A stretch of DNA of 64,000 nt, taken from Tubulanus polymorphus (Eukaryota > Animalia > Nemertea). Under the pieces are notes generated by a model, which ran no database searches, was not told where the DNA came from, and was given only the letters and a program-made list of their open reading frames with translations. Below are positions 49,975 through 63,236 of the stretch, one piece after another. The first letter of the stretch is position 1, and the number at the start of each line of letters is the position of its first letter. Location of the stretch: contig NC_134028.1 of assembly GCF_964204645.1 (NCBI RefSeq), forward strand, positions 14,267,653 through 14,331,652, in the 5' to 3' direction. The translations under genes were made by a program, and so were the position numbers.

Positions 49975-51360
49975 ATATCGTTAATTGCTTTACATACATT
50001 TGCGACAGCCGTTTTTAATAAAACTTCACCAAACAACTGGCTATTATTAGTGATATGATACTCGTGTTTGCTCGAAACTCTTAGATTTCCAACAAAGTTT
50101 TGTGAAACAGTGGATTCCGATTGTGATTTCATATCAGCCGGTGACACGGAGGGTTCATCACGTGAATTAGTTTCAGAAATTTTTGGTTTATATTGCAAAT
50201 TCCTGGAATTCGAATCTCCCTCTTTTCTACCTATGCATTACTGGTATGATGTTTTTATCGGCACGTTCTACCTCGATTTTTAGACTTACAATTACTGACT
50301 TAATGGCACCCAAAACAATTAAAGCAAAGGCCGTTACGTTTTATTATCTCTAAACGTCTGTTCGAATCAGTTACCAACATGCAATCTAAAGGATTGTGAA
50401 TTTCTTTACGGTAAACGCAAGGCCGACTCTAAATATCAGTTAGAAGTGCATTAGCCGATGCAGGTCTGCCATCTAATATAATTGCCGACTTTGATTTTGC
50501 GCTTAACACTTCGACCTCGATTTTCAATAAGGAACGCAAACTATCAAATGACATATCTAAAGTTCCCCAATTCGCCCGGGAAATTTTTCCTAGGATATTC
50601 GACGGTAGTTTACGAATTATAACCGGTGTAACGAAATCGCCGTATATTTTAGACTCTTTTCCCTATGCTGCCAAACCCCTAATGCACTTTTCGATAGAAT
50701 CATAAAAATTACGAATACTCGCTAAACATTCCGACGGTGATCAAAGATCGAGTAACGAATTCATATAAGCATCGATAATTTTGAATTCTTGACCGTATTT
50801 ATCATGCAAAAGATCTATTGCTACCGAGTAATTTTCATCAGTTAAAGTTAAACCATCCACAACTTTCATAGCATCGCCGAATAAAACAGATCGCAAATAG
50901 TTAAACTTCTCTGCCCCTGACAGATACGAGACTTGATCGACAGCTGCAGAAAAACTGTCCAAAAATGTGGGAAAATCAACGATATCACCCGAAAATTTAG
51001 GTAGAGTCAAGTCTAGAATTAGTTCTTGCGTTTGAAAATTGTTTTGCATTCGGATTCAACGTAGAAGCGGTTCTAACTTTAAGCGAGTCGATTAATTTAC
51101 AGCTTAAATTTTCGTTGCTCGAGTATATCCATGTAGGCGTCGGATTCCGTGATTGCTGCTTCCGAAGCTTCGGTGTCTGTCAGATCAAGAATTTGAAGAT
51201 CAACTTCTGTATGATGTTAATCTCCTTAGATAGTGTCTGGAGACGAGCCTCGAGTTCATTCCATTTCGTCTTCCATCTCGTTCTACCATCTGAAGATTTG
51301 CGAATAGTGTCGTCACTTGGCCCTTGTATGCAGCTCTCGATTTCACCAATCTGTCACGGT

Positions 51361-51609
51361 CCATCCTGGTCACGGCACCAATGTTGCGAATAAATCCGAC
51401 TCGAATACGAGAATAGACCAGAGACAGACGACGACGACTCCCATCGTGTGGTATATGAATAATTCAGCTTTTACTTTACATACTTAGACATTATATAGGC
51501 GGCCCAGCTATGTTAGGCTGCATGAACAATGAATGTGAAGTGTGAAAAAGGTAATCCTTACACAATACGGTATTACAATATTATCACAGTTTAATCGTAA
51601 TTCCCAACA
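51361..51609 (-). repeat. BEL 5' LTR with PBS (tRNA-His-like)
   Basis: LTR 51382-51609; reverse-strand TGGTGCCGTGACCAGGATGG at 51361-51380. Confidence 0.9.
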
Positions 51610-54185
51610 TATGAAGAACTTAGAAGAATAAAAGGATATATCTGGATATTAAATGTTATAGATATATTCAGTAGATACGCATGGTCAATTCCAATCAAAA
51701 ATAAAACTGGTATAGAAGTTACTAATGCATTCAAATCAATATTTAAAGAAGCTATTCCAGATAAGAAACAATTTGATGAAGGTAAAGAATTTTATAATAA
51801 ACATTTAAACAAATTATTATCTAAAAACGATGTGGAATATTTTTCAACACATTCAGATAAAAAAGCATCTATTTTAGAAAGATTTAATAAATCATTGAAA
51901 TCTAGAATGTGGAAATATTTTACTGCAAATGAAACATATAAATATATCGATGTATTAGATGATTGAGTGAACGGTTATAATAATTCTTAACATTCAAATA
52001 TTGGTATGAAACCTATACAAGCTAGAAAAATAGATATTTCAGAAGTTGTTTGGAATAATTTATACGGTGCGTTTGTTGCCTGTGTTGTCATATCGCGGAA
52101 AGACGGAATCGCGGAATTTTCCAAAAACGCGGAACTTCTTCATTCTTACTTTAAATAGAAAACGGGTTTTCCCACGGGGATACCCACTGTCGGACAGGGC
52201 ACCGGACCGATCGATGCAACGAGTTAGGTTCGAGTCCCATTATTTGCAGGCAATTTTATATGGAATTATTATATTACGATACCGTTGACTGGCTGCCACC
52301 TGTAGAAGAAGTCAGAATCAAGTGGGGTGAAAGAGACCAGGCACCTAATGTCTATTTCTACTGGGCAAACTTCGGTTATCGAAGTTCATCGACTTTTTGA
52401 GAACTTCAGAAACGAATATTATCAGATAAATATTGAGCACGTTCGCGGTGTCGGACCGTAGTTGTAGATGGTTGCAAACATGAAATCCTACGACCAAACA
52501 AGAATCGGTTCAAATTCCTTCGTCAAATTCGTCCAGTACCGGTACCAATGAGATTCTTTTGATCCAAATAATCAGCATAGGAACATATATGTTATAGCAG
52601 TCACAAAGAAAACATTAAAAAAAACGAAACCATTTTATAATCTTTCATATCATATAATTCTAAAAGATAAACCACAGTCGCTTATAACAACAATGTAGAC
52701 ACACAACACGCATGAACAATCCTAAGCCAGATTGAAATGTACATAATGTCTATTTATTTTCGTCTGACATCGATCCAGTTCCACAGTTGTGAGTTAACTC
52801 TGAATTACTTAGAATCAATTCATTTCCAATGGTTTAAATCCAGAGACCAGAGTCAAATCTTAACTCGGAACTGAGTCCTGGAGAATGACCCATGGTGTCA
52901 TCAAAAATCCTACGTTTACGTACCATCGATTTGTATTCCTTCAGTTAATGCAGCGATACTCTGTATCACTGAATTCGCAAAGATCGTATTGCCTAGGTTC
53001 TACATTATTTGGAACAGTATCGTTAAGTTGTTGACTGTCGATATAATAAATTATCAAATACTAATTCCCGTGGTTGAAAACCTGGGTCCGATGCCCTGTC
53101 CGACAGTGGGTATCCCCGTGGGAAAACCCGTTTACTATTTATAGTTAAAATGAAGAAATTCCGCGTTTTTGGAAAATTCCGCGATTCCGTCTTTCCGCGA
53201 TATGATAACACCGGTTTGTTGCACATGATTTTGGAGAACCAAAATTTAAAATAGGACAAAATGTTAGAATTTCTAAATATCGAAAAATATTTTATCAAGG
53301 TTATATTCCAAATTTTACTGAAGAAATATTTAAAATTAAAAAAATAATATTAGCTAAACCATTTGTTTATAAATAAGTAGATCTAAAAGATGAAGAAATA
53401 TTAGGTTATTTTTATATGAACAAGAATTATCACTTGTACCAAATCCAGATGATATAGAATACAAAATAGAAAAAGTATTAAAAACAAAAACATTACGTAA
53501 TAAGAAATATTCTTTGGTGAAATATAAAGGGTATGATGATAAATTTAATGAATGGATTTCATCTAGTAAAATTAAAAGAATAAATGAATAAAGATTTATT
53601 TATATTTGAACCACATAATATGTTAGTTACTGGAGAAACAAACACATTTTATATTATATTTGTTAGAAACTATTCATAAAAATCATTTTGATAATATTAT
53701 ATTATTCTGCCCTACTTATGAAATGAATGAAACATATAATAGGGATAAAGTTTTTAAAGATAAAACATTTATTATATTAAATCCTACTTCTGTAAAGAAT
53801 AACTTAGATAATTGTGTAAAAATTACATTAGATATTTATAAAGGAACAAATACAATATTCATTATAGATGATTGTGCTAATTTACATGATATAAAAATTA
53901 GAGAAAATGAACTAGGTTATCTAGCCTTCTATGGTAGACATTTTGGGATAACAACTTGGGTTTTTAATCAAAAGTATAATTGTTAAAGATTTTAGAGAAA
54001 ACATTAGATTTTTAGTTTTATTCTACAATAAAGATAGAAAATCTATGCAACAATCATTGGAAGAAAATCAAATTATACCTACTGAATTACATGATGAATA
54101 TATGAATAAATCAAAAAATAATAAAGGTTTCAAATTACTTCTGAGGCTTCAATTTCCATATGAATATAAATTTACAAAATACAAT
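51610..54185 (+). pseudogene. Polinton B integrase (3' part) and ATPase pseudogenes
   Basis: Homologous to 24270-25715 with stops; Walker A deleted. Confidence 0.85.
52080..53213. mobile_element. 1134-bp MITE, Mutator-like
   Basis: ~130-bp TIRs, 9-bp TSD GTTTGTTGC (52071-52079 / 53214-53222). Confidence 0.9.
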
Positions 54186-55080
54186 TTGAAATATTATATA
54201 ATTCAAAATATAGAAACTATTTATATATCTATGTACTAGACGTACGAGTAAAAATCTTGGCAAGAATCTTGGAAGAATTCTTACGTACGTCTTGTATATA
54301 GTTATATAAATAGTTTTAAAATAATTATTCTAAATATAAATTATATTAAAACTATTTTCAAATGTTTGTAGTTTACGTTTGAATAAGTCACACATATGTA
54401 TTAAATTTATATTTCTAATTAATTTTTAAACATAATCAATTTATGTTATTTTCTAAAATATTATATAATATATTCTTCCAAGAATACTTCCAAGATTCTT
54501 ACGTACGTCTAGTATATAGATATATAGATAGTTTAATAATAATTATTCTAAAACATTTATAAAATCATCTTTGTTTATATCTAATTCATCATAATTCTTA
54601 GGATTTATTAATTTTAGTTGAGCCATCATTCTATGATAATTATTATCCATCTTAGCTTCTTTTGTTAATTTTTCAAAGTATTCATCAAAATCAAATCAAT
54701 TCCAAAATTATTCATTAGATAACTTAAATCTATTTTTCTCGAATACAAAAATTTATATATTTGTTTAAGATTATTTTCTGCATAAGCTAATAATTTATCA
54801 AATAACAACGCATAGAACATATATAATATTGTTTAGTTATAGGATTAAAATATTTGATATATTTCTTAGGGTTATTTAACAATAGTATCAATAGTATCAT
54901 ACCCGCCTTTTTATAAAAATAAATGAAGGTATTTTTGATTCATAATGAGTATTTTTCATCAACAGTTCAATTTTTCTATTACAACATTGACACGTTTTAT
55001 TTCTTTCTATTTCTGCTAATTTTTTTTCATGTTCTTCTAATTTCTTTTCATTTTCTATATGTCCCTGAGATTTTGTTTAG

Positions 55081-56976
55081 ATGTTGAGAAGTTGTTTAAA
55101 CGTAGCCTTATCACACTCGAATAAATCATCCAATTTTAATCAACGAGACCAAAATTTGCAATTTTCTCAAAAGACATGTAAAACCGCACGTTAATTCTGT
55201 AATTTTTGAAAGTATTTATCCAAGTGGCAGTCAACCTGGTAAATTATATGGCTTATGTAAAGTCCATAAAGATAAATTTCCTATCAGACCTGTAGTTTCG
55301 ATGATCGGCACTGCTGGATACAACCTGGCCAAGTATCTGGACAAAATTATCAAACCACATATTTCTAGCAATTTCATGCTTAACAGTACCTGGGAATTCC
55401 TGGAAAGGCTTAAGGTTTTCATCTTTCACCCTTCTGATATATTCATTAGTTTCGATGTCGAATCTCTGTTAACAAACGTACCGCTCAGAGAAACTATAGA
55501 CCTGATTTCAGATCATATCTACGAATCAGATTCTAAACCCTCGTATGATAAGGCTACGTAAAGCTACGCTAACAACTTCTCAATATCGCAACATCTGGAA
55601 TGTTTATGTACAACAATCGTCTTTTTAAACAAGTTGATGGTGTAACCATGGGCAGCCCATTAGGCCCTACTTTAGCTAACTTCTGTCTGGCACATTTTGA
55701 GAATTTACTATTGACTGATTGCAAATTAAAACCCGCATTGTACCTTAGATATGTTGATGACATTTTCTGTATTTTTCGAATCAACTCTAACTACAATTCA
55801 TTTTTTTGATGCATTAAATACTATGTTTCCCAATCTGAAATTTACTTTCGAACTTGGCCCGAACATTTTACCCTTTTTAGATACTCTCATTCAAGCACCA
55901 ACTGACACTGATAGTACTAATTTCGTCTCACGCGTATATAGAAAAGCTTCTAATACTGGATTACTTTTGAACTTTAATGCAATGTGTCCTTACAAATGGA
56001 AAATTGGTCTTATCAACACGATGCTTTTTCGTGCATACAATATATGCAGCAATTGGAACATTCTTTCGGAAGAATTTGATTTTCTTAAGAAATTATTCAA
56101 ACTTAATGGTTATCCTAGCCATGTTATTGATCACTGTGTTAAAATTTCTCGACTCTAAATTCGTTACCCAGCCTAAAACCGTTGATGAGAGTAAAGTTTC
56201 TCTTTTCATTTCCATACCGTTTGTGGGTTTCCCGTCTATTCTATATGCTCAAAAATTAAAGAAACTGTTTAAATCGAATTTCGAAATAGACCTTCAATGC
56301 TCATTCGTAACCACTAAGATTAAGAATTTCTTTTCACTTAAGTGTCCGACTCCTAAATCCTTGAAAGCTATGGTTGTCTACAAATACACTTGTTTATGTG
56401 ATATAAACACTGCCTATATAGGTAAAACAAAAAGACACATAGTAACAAGAGTTAAGGAGAATAAACTTAAGACTTCAGCAATTGCCCAACATCTATCAAA
56501 CTGCCGTGACTGTCAGGTCTCGTTTAGCGAAAAGAATTTCAAAATTTTAGATAAAGGTTCCTCCGATTTAGATTGTAAAATAAGAGAAGCACTTTTTATC
56601 AAAACTCAACAGCCCTCCCTTAATCAACTATTCGAACACGGTTCAGGATTCATTCTCGATGTTTTTAGATAATTAACCACTAGCCAAATATGTTCACTCA
56701 GTAATTTAGGTAGTGTGTAATTAGTTATCTTTATATTATGATTATCCTGTCACTCAGTAATTTGAAATTGTTTGTAATTAGCTTCGTCTTACTCTATATA
56801 AATACCAGTATGACATGTAAATTTAATCACTTGCGCTATGCCTGAAGAGGGGATAATGTAACTCCCGAAAACGTTCGCTATAATAAATATATGTTACTCA
56901 TTAGAAATGAGATTTGTACTGTTTTTGCTGCTATGGATTTTTAATTATCTAGACTATCTACCCAAGATCTACTTCT
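55081..56976 (+). mobile_element. Penelope-like retroelement, 5'-truncated and frameshifted (RT + GIY-YIG)
   Basis: LYGLCKVHK..IRPVVS, SFDVESL, GVTMGSPLGP, YLRYVDD; VVYKYTC..YIGKTKR endonuclease; boundaries approximate. Confidence 0.9.
56837..56882 (+). ncRNA. Minimal type I hammerhead ribozyme
   Basis: CUGAAGA-ggga/uccc stem II-GAAA-palindromic AACGUU-C17; located in the Penelope 3' region. Confidence 0.7.
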
Positions 56977-57229
56977 AATGTTATCATGAGTTTCAATTGC
57001 ATTAATGTCATCTTTTAAATCATCTATTACATTATTATCTGATATGTTATTAACATTAGTTTCAAGTGTATTATCATAATGATTATTTACTTTTTCTACA
57101 CGTTTCTTTGATTTCTTATGTGATGCCCATTTTTTATATGAAATATATTTCTTCGTATATATCAATATTTTGGATTATAATAATCTTTTTTTGATTCAAT
57201 ATCATATGTAGAAGGTATATCATTATAAT

Positions 57230-58460
57230 TGATGTTATTTCGAATATAATATCTTCTTGTATAGCATATTTATATAAAGGTGCATTATTATTTATCAATT
57301 CAAAGTCTAATGGAATTTTATATTTGCTTCCATAAATCTCTTTAATTAAATCATCTACGCCATTAGTTACTACTGCATTATGTGCTTCAGATCTTTATTG
57401 ATTTTGGTTTTCGGATTGGATGCCTTGAAATATCATATTATTTCTATTTTCTTTTGTTAACCATAAATCCTTAAAATGCGTACATAAATTATAATAATCT
57501 AATGAAAAAACTGTCTCCGGTCCAATATTTATAATTAATTTTTTGAATAAATATCTTCCAACATTATCTACGACATAATTATTATCATCACCAGTTACTG
57601 AACATAAAAAGTATTTTGTGTTAATCGAGGAATTATAACATATAAAGTTTCATCAGGATTAATATTAGAAGGATTATGAGTAATTATATGATGATGTCTC
57701 TCTGCTTTAATTGCATTAGATATTTCAGAATTCTTAGAAGGATTTATATAGCTCCCACTCATTTATGTAAGAAAAAATTAATTATTTATTTTTTATCATA
57801 TTAACTAATCCAAAAATAATTGCACTTACAACTGTAATTAAAAATAGAATAATATGTTCAGCAGCAAAACTAATAATATTTTCAGCAGATTAAAAAAAAA
57901 CTAACAATTGAAGCTATAACACCAGGTAATGCTGCAGCAGATTTTTTAGATAATTCCCATAAATATTTTGCTAATTCTTTTAAACCATCTTTCACTTTAT
58001 CCTGTATAGAATTATGACTCGGAGGTTTATCTGGTTTATTAGGACTTGGTGTAGATTTTAATGAATTTGAAATAGCTAAACCTATTGTTGTAAATATCAT
58101 AGTTACAGCTGTTAGAATTGTGATACCTTCTAGTTTAAATAATAATTTTATTCTATCTTTCAATGTTACTTTAGAATTTGGTTTTATCAAAAAATCTTTG
58201 AATACAACTTTTAATCTATCAATAATCTTATGATTTTAATAAATTTTTTTTCTTCTTTCTGTAATTCTAAATTATATTTTAAATCATCAATTTCTTTTTC
58301 TAAACTTAATTCTTTTTGTCTATATTCAATTTCATCAATTACTTGATGATCTTAATCAGACCTAAATTGTTTTAATTCTTTTCTTGATTTAGTTAATTCA
58401 TATTCTAAAGTTTTAATTTTAAAATCTCTTATACTTTTATCGGGTGCAATTTTATCAGAT
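57230..58460 (-). pseudogene. Polinton B MCP (partly deleted) and coiled-coil gene remnants
   Basis: Homologous to 28080-29380. Confidence 0.8.
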
Positions 58461-58609
58461 GCAAGTCTTATATTAATAATTTATCTAATTGTTTTATCAC
58501 AAAATAAATCTAATTCTTCCTTCTTATTCTTGATCTGTTGCATCATGTAATCCATTCGGTAAAAGTTTTTCAGTTTGAACTCTTCTTGATTTTAGTTAAC
58601 TGTATTTTT

Positions 58610-58800
<191 letters not shown>

Positions 58801-58817
58801 CTCAAATCTGTTCCATT

Positions 58818-61800
58818 TGTAACAGGGAAAATTTCCTTCAGTTTGTGCTGCCATCTTCAGTCCTTTGTGGGAAGCTTTTTCCTTGATTGACCAGCTCTGG
58901 TCATTCAGTGATATATTGTTGACCATACTTTAGTACTGTAGTTTCATCCTTTTATTACGTAAGTTAATACTTCTAGTTTCTCCTCTAGTTTTGAGATATC
59001 TGAAAGCTGTGTTTAGTTTCAATAATTACTATTATTACACATTGTTGCAGATACATTTTAGAATTTCTAGGGCTTATTAGTTGACTTGTTCGTATGTGCT
59101 TAATGGCGCAATTGTTTTAGTCATGATAAATTATCATGGTTACGTGTAATATCGAAATTATGTATTTTTGATAATATTCATAATATACATTCAGTTATAT
59201 GTTGTTGACCATTCAACATGTGTGTGTAATAAAGTTGGTTATACTTTAGTACTGTAGTTTCATCCTTTTATTAGGTTGAAGGAGTTGACGTGTGGTCTGA
59301 CCAGCGAGTCTGCCGAGACGAAGCCAGAGCGTAGGAGGTGTCCCGACCCACCGAGGAGACATTTATTGTATCCATCCTGTTTCATTGGCGCCCAACGTGG
59401 GTTCTCTCAGCTATGGAATTTCGCATATAAGTCAGATGGGAATTCGTCAATGGATCAGTGGGTAGAGCTCTGTAGTCAGTTGGAGCGAATTGATGGCTGT
59501 TATTAATTCGGATGTCAAACTCGCGGAGATGTGTGGTTTGAGTTCCTGGAACTTTTGGTAGCTGATGTATATATGTATAGTCGGATTTAGGTGAGTCTGT
59601 GAAACTTTGTCTATATATAGCTGCGTGTGTATATTGAGTTAATGCGGTAAACTTTACTCATTCGAGGAGACGAGGTCAAGTTTCCTATGGAATGTTAGTA
59701 TGTGAATGGTGACTTTATTGTGCGTGCGCGCGTGACGACCAATAGAGTGTGATATCCTAGATGGTATGCAGGGAGGTGAGTGAGTGTGATATTCTATGGA
59801 GAGTTGATTTTCTACAATTGATGATTGGAGAATCCCTCTACGGATAGGTGGTGTAGTGGTGTTTGTTTCCTGACTTAGTTCTAAAGAATAAGCCATTGGT
59901 GGCAGGTTCCAAGTTCAAGGTCGGTGAGCGATAGACTTTATTGTGAATGTGTTAGGGCTTAGTGCTTGCTGCTTCAGGTATTGTTTGCTTCTGTTGCTAT
60001 TAATGCTTTTGATTTGGTTATTATATTTATTTGTATATTTATTTTTCGATTTGCTTGCTTGCTCGCATCGTTCAATGTGTTGGTGGGCAATAATTTTGCG
60101 TACTTTGCTCGTTTGTGGGGTTCACGTGTATTTTGTGTATTGGAACTGGATTCTTGTATAATTGCATTGAGTTTGAGACCAGTTGTGGTACTGAGAGATA
60201 GAGTACGGACTCCAGAAGTGATTTAGTGAATGTACTTGAGGGTTTAGCTCAGATCTAGCAGTTTAGTGATTGGATCTAGTCGACAGTTATTTAAAAAAAA
60301 AAATCAGATTGATGGTTTTTAGGCCAGCCGTAGGCTGAGCCTATTACTATACAAATGGAGCGAATTTAAATGACATGGTTTCCACACAAAAGGCTCTTTT
60401 GCTTGCCAAGTGAGGGCATATTCGAACAAATCACGTATTTAAGCGTAATCCATTCTCGGAATCGTAGCGAGCAGAATTTTGAAATAGGGTATCATAAAAA
60501 TGTTTTCTGCATTTTTCACGAAAGTTAAATCGGGAAAATTTCAATTTTTATCAGCCAATCAGGAAGTTGTATCTTCCCTGTGATTGGTTTATCTGAAAAT
60601 ATCAGCAGCTGTACACGTGAATTATCGCGATTTCATTACTGGCGCTTTTGCGCATGACGTCATGTATCAACACGCGACAATACTTCCGCGTTCGCTACGT
60701 GTTCGCTGATTGGCCCATTTACTGGGAAATACCACAGAAGCCTAATGTGCTTTGTTACAAGCGCTGTGATTGGCCCGACCCGATTCTGGCACGGCTTTAG
60801 CTTAGTGGGTGCGAATCCCTTGACGGGTGAAGATGATGGATCCTATCAATATCTATTGAAACAAATAAGTTTCCCGGTTGGCCAGGCGCGGATATCTACC
60901 GGAAGTGTTCCGGTTCGATATATCGAGGTTTCTTTGAATTTTGGAGTGATATTTAAATCCGGTAAATACCGGCGGTAGATTTTGTGAAAACCCATTGCAT
61001 GATATTTGTATTACTTAATCAACGAAAAGCGTCGGGGCCGCGCCAGGAGTTTTCGCGATTCAAGTAGCGCAATAGCCTACTTCTTCGTGTTCGTCCACCT
61101 CAATTTTCACTCCGCCGATCTCTGACACGGCTCTGTCCCCGTCGGCGCTGTGATTGCACTTTCGTACCACCAACATTTTTTATTTCTATATCAGGGAGGT
61201 CTGGAGAATAAAAAAGTCAAAATTTGGAGTTTCAAAGTTTTTGCTCCGTCTTACTCCGGCTAAGGCCCTGACTAACTATCATAGCGCGAAACAAGATGTT
61301 AGCGAGTCTGTAACTGATTGGTCGTGTAGGCTGGATGATTTAGCTGCCAAGGTTAGGATTACGTCCAGAGAAAAAATTTAATAACAGAAGATATGCGGAG
61401 CAATCAGTTCTGGATGGGTCTGAAAGACCAATATGTACAAATGTCGACTCGGTATGTGTTGAGGAGTGGCGCCTCATATAGGGAGTTGGTGTTGGAAGCA
61501 CGGCAGGCTGAGGAAGAGAACAGAGAGAAGGATTCGGACCGCAGATCTGGGAAGTCAGATAGACTGAACAAACAGTCGCAACCGGCGGTGAAAGTGCAGT
61601 AAGTGTCCTCTAAGCAGTCTAAGTTGGAGCAGCAACTCGAGGAGTTACTGAGGCGAGTGACAAAGATAGAGGAAAGCCAGCGTGCGCCACCAAGGACTCC
61701 ATGACAATACCAGAATACTCAGCTTAAATGCTGGGGATGTGGTCTCCCTGGCCACATGCGTAGAAGCTGCACCAATAGAAAGGATCAGACAAACGCTAAG

Positions 61801-63236
61801 GAGTTTGGGGCGACAAGCGGCAGCCAAACTCCAAGTCACCAAGCTCGAAAGGGTTGGGAACACCAGGCGGTTTAGTCGGGGCGGCTTGTGAGCGCCATGC
61901 TTTTGTTGATGGAAAAAGCTGCGTTTGTATAATTGATACCGGGTCAACAGTCAGTATTATATCTAGGGAGTTTCTTTACGAACGTTTGCCTTATTTGCAA
62001 GTGGAACCGCTGGGTGGTGTCCTTGATGTACGGGGTGTTGATGATAGCCGTTTACCGTATGTGGGATATGTTGCGTAAATGTTAACGTTGAACATGACAT
62101 GGTAAGGTCGTTATTTTTAGTGGAAGACGCGACGCCGTATAACCGTAAAGTTCCGGTCCTCCTAGGCACCAATGTTCTTTCTCGTCTGGAGGCTTTCAAA
62201 AGTGTTTGTTTGATTACTGAACCTGTCCAGTCGTGCATAGTCCGTTCAACCAAGGTTCTTACCGTACCAGCGGAAACAGGGACAACTGTACACGGTTTCT
62301 TGAGAACAAGCGGAGAAGTGGAATTTGACTTGATGGCTACGTCCGGACATGAAGTGACGACTCCAGGTGAATTATTGGTTGTTCCAACTGTCAGCAAAGC
62401 ATCGAGTTTGGGAAGCCAAAGAGTGCCAGTTCGACTTAGGAATCTGACGTCACATGATATCACCATACCGGCCCGGTCTAATCTGTGCACCGTATATGAG
62501 GCGGAAGAAGTGGAAATTAGAGGAAGGCGTAGCGCTGAGGTGCAATGTGTGGAGAACAGTTGCGTCCAGGAATGTAATTATGCTGGGAATAGCTTCACCA
62601 TAGGACAGCGGAACTTCTTAAGAACATTTAAACTGCATCATATATGGGTTAAAGATCGTCAGAAATTGGAGAAATTGTTAATAAAGTGGCAACGGCTATT
62701 TTCGAGAGGAGATGGTGACTTTGGAAGGGCTAATTTAATAAAGCATGAGACACCGATGAGGGATGAGACACCTATAAACCAACGTTATCGGAGAGTTCCT
62801 CCAGGAATGCTGCAGGAAGTCCGCGATCACCTTAAGATGATGTTGAAGGCCGGAGTGATTCGTCACTCGTTTTCTCCGTGGCAGTCACCAGTGGTGCTAG
62901 TTCGCAAAAAACGGCGAGCTCCGGTTTTGTATTGATTTTCGTCGGGTAAATGAGCGTACAATTCCTGACAGGTATTGCCTTCCCTGGGTAAACGAGTTGC
63001 TTGATGCGTTGTCCAGTTCCGCGTACTTTTCCTGTTTAGACCTTAAAAGTGGATACTGGCAAGTAGACATGAATGAAGAAGTCAAGAAAAAGACAGCGTT
63101 TTGTGCGGGATCCGGATTAGGGTTTTATGATTGCAACACGATGCCCTTTGGACTGTCTAATGCTGCATCTACGTTTCAAAGGTTAATGGAGATGACACTA
63201 GAGGATTTGAGTTTCAAAGAGTGCGTGGTATATATT
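58818..63236 (+). mobile_element. Gypsy LTR retrotransposon, 5' part
   Basis: LTR TGTAACAGG..CCTGTTTCA (58818-59384), tRNA-Lys PBS TGGCGCCCAACGTGGG at 59386, CWGCGLPGHMRRSC knuckle, IDTGS protease, RT LDLKSGYWQ/MPFGL cut just before the DD of YxDD. Confidence 0.88.
60316..61181 (+). mobile_element. Probable HINE-like insertion in Gypsy gag
   Basis: ttttt-aggccagccgtaggctgagcct 5' hairpin; degenerate 3' stem-loop before a T-run; contains the repeat shared with 9236-9481. Confidence 0.45.

Larger units (their letters stand above)
45265..51340 (-). pseudogene. pol: BEL/Pao gag-pol, heavily disrupted
   Basis: LPKFSGD..EKFNYL (gag), LFDEGATRSF (PR), HYIPHHPV..LRVVYD, ADIEKAFL, LYVDN (RT), LHVFADSS, FWSDS, NPADLLTRG (RNase H). 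Confidence 0.9.
19939..51609 (-). mobile_element. BEL/Pao LTR retrotransposon (decayed) carrying nested insertions
   Basis: LTRs 19939-20163 and 51382-51609 (~92% identical by eye), TSD TATGA, PBS TGGTGCCGTGACCAGGAT, PPT-like GCCGGGAGTA, BEL-type gag/PR/RT/RH/IN fragments. Confidence 0.92.

Noticed and set aside
52046-53298. Paired similar ORFs 52046-52288 and 53023-53298
   Set aside because: Read-through of the two TIRs of one MITE
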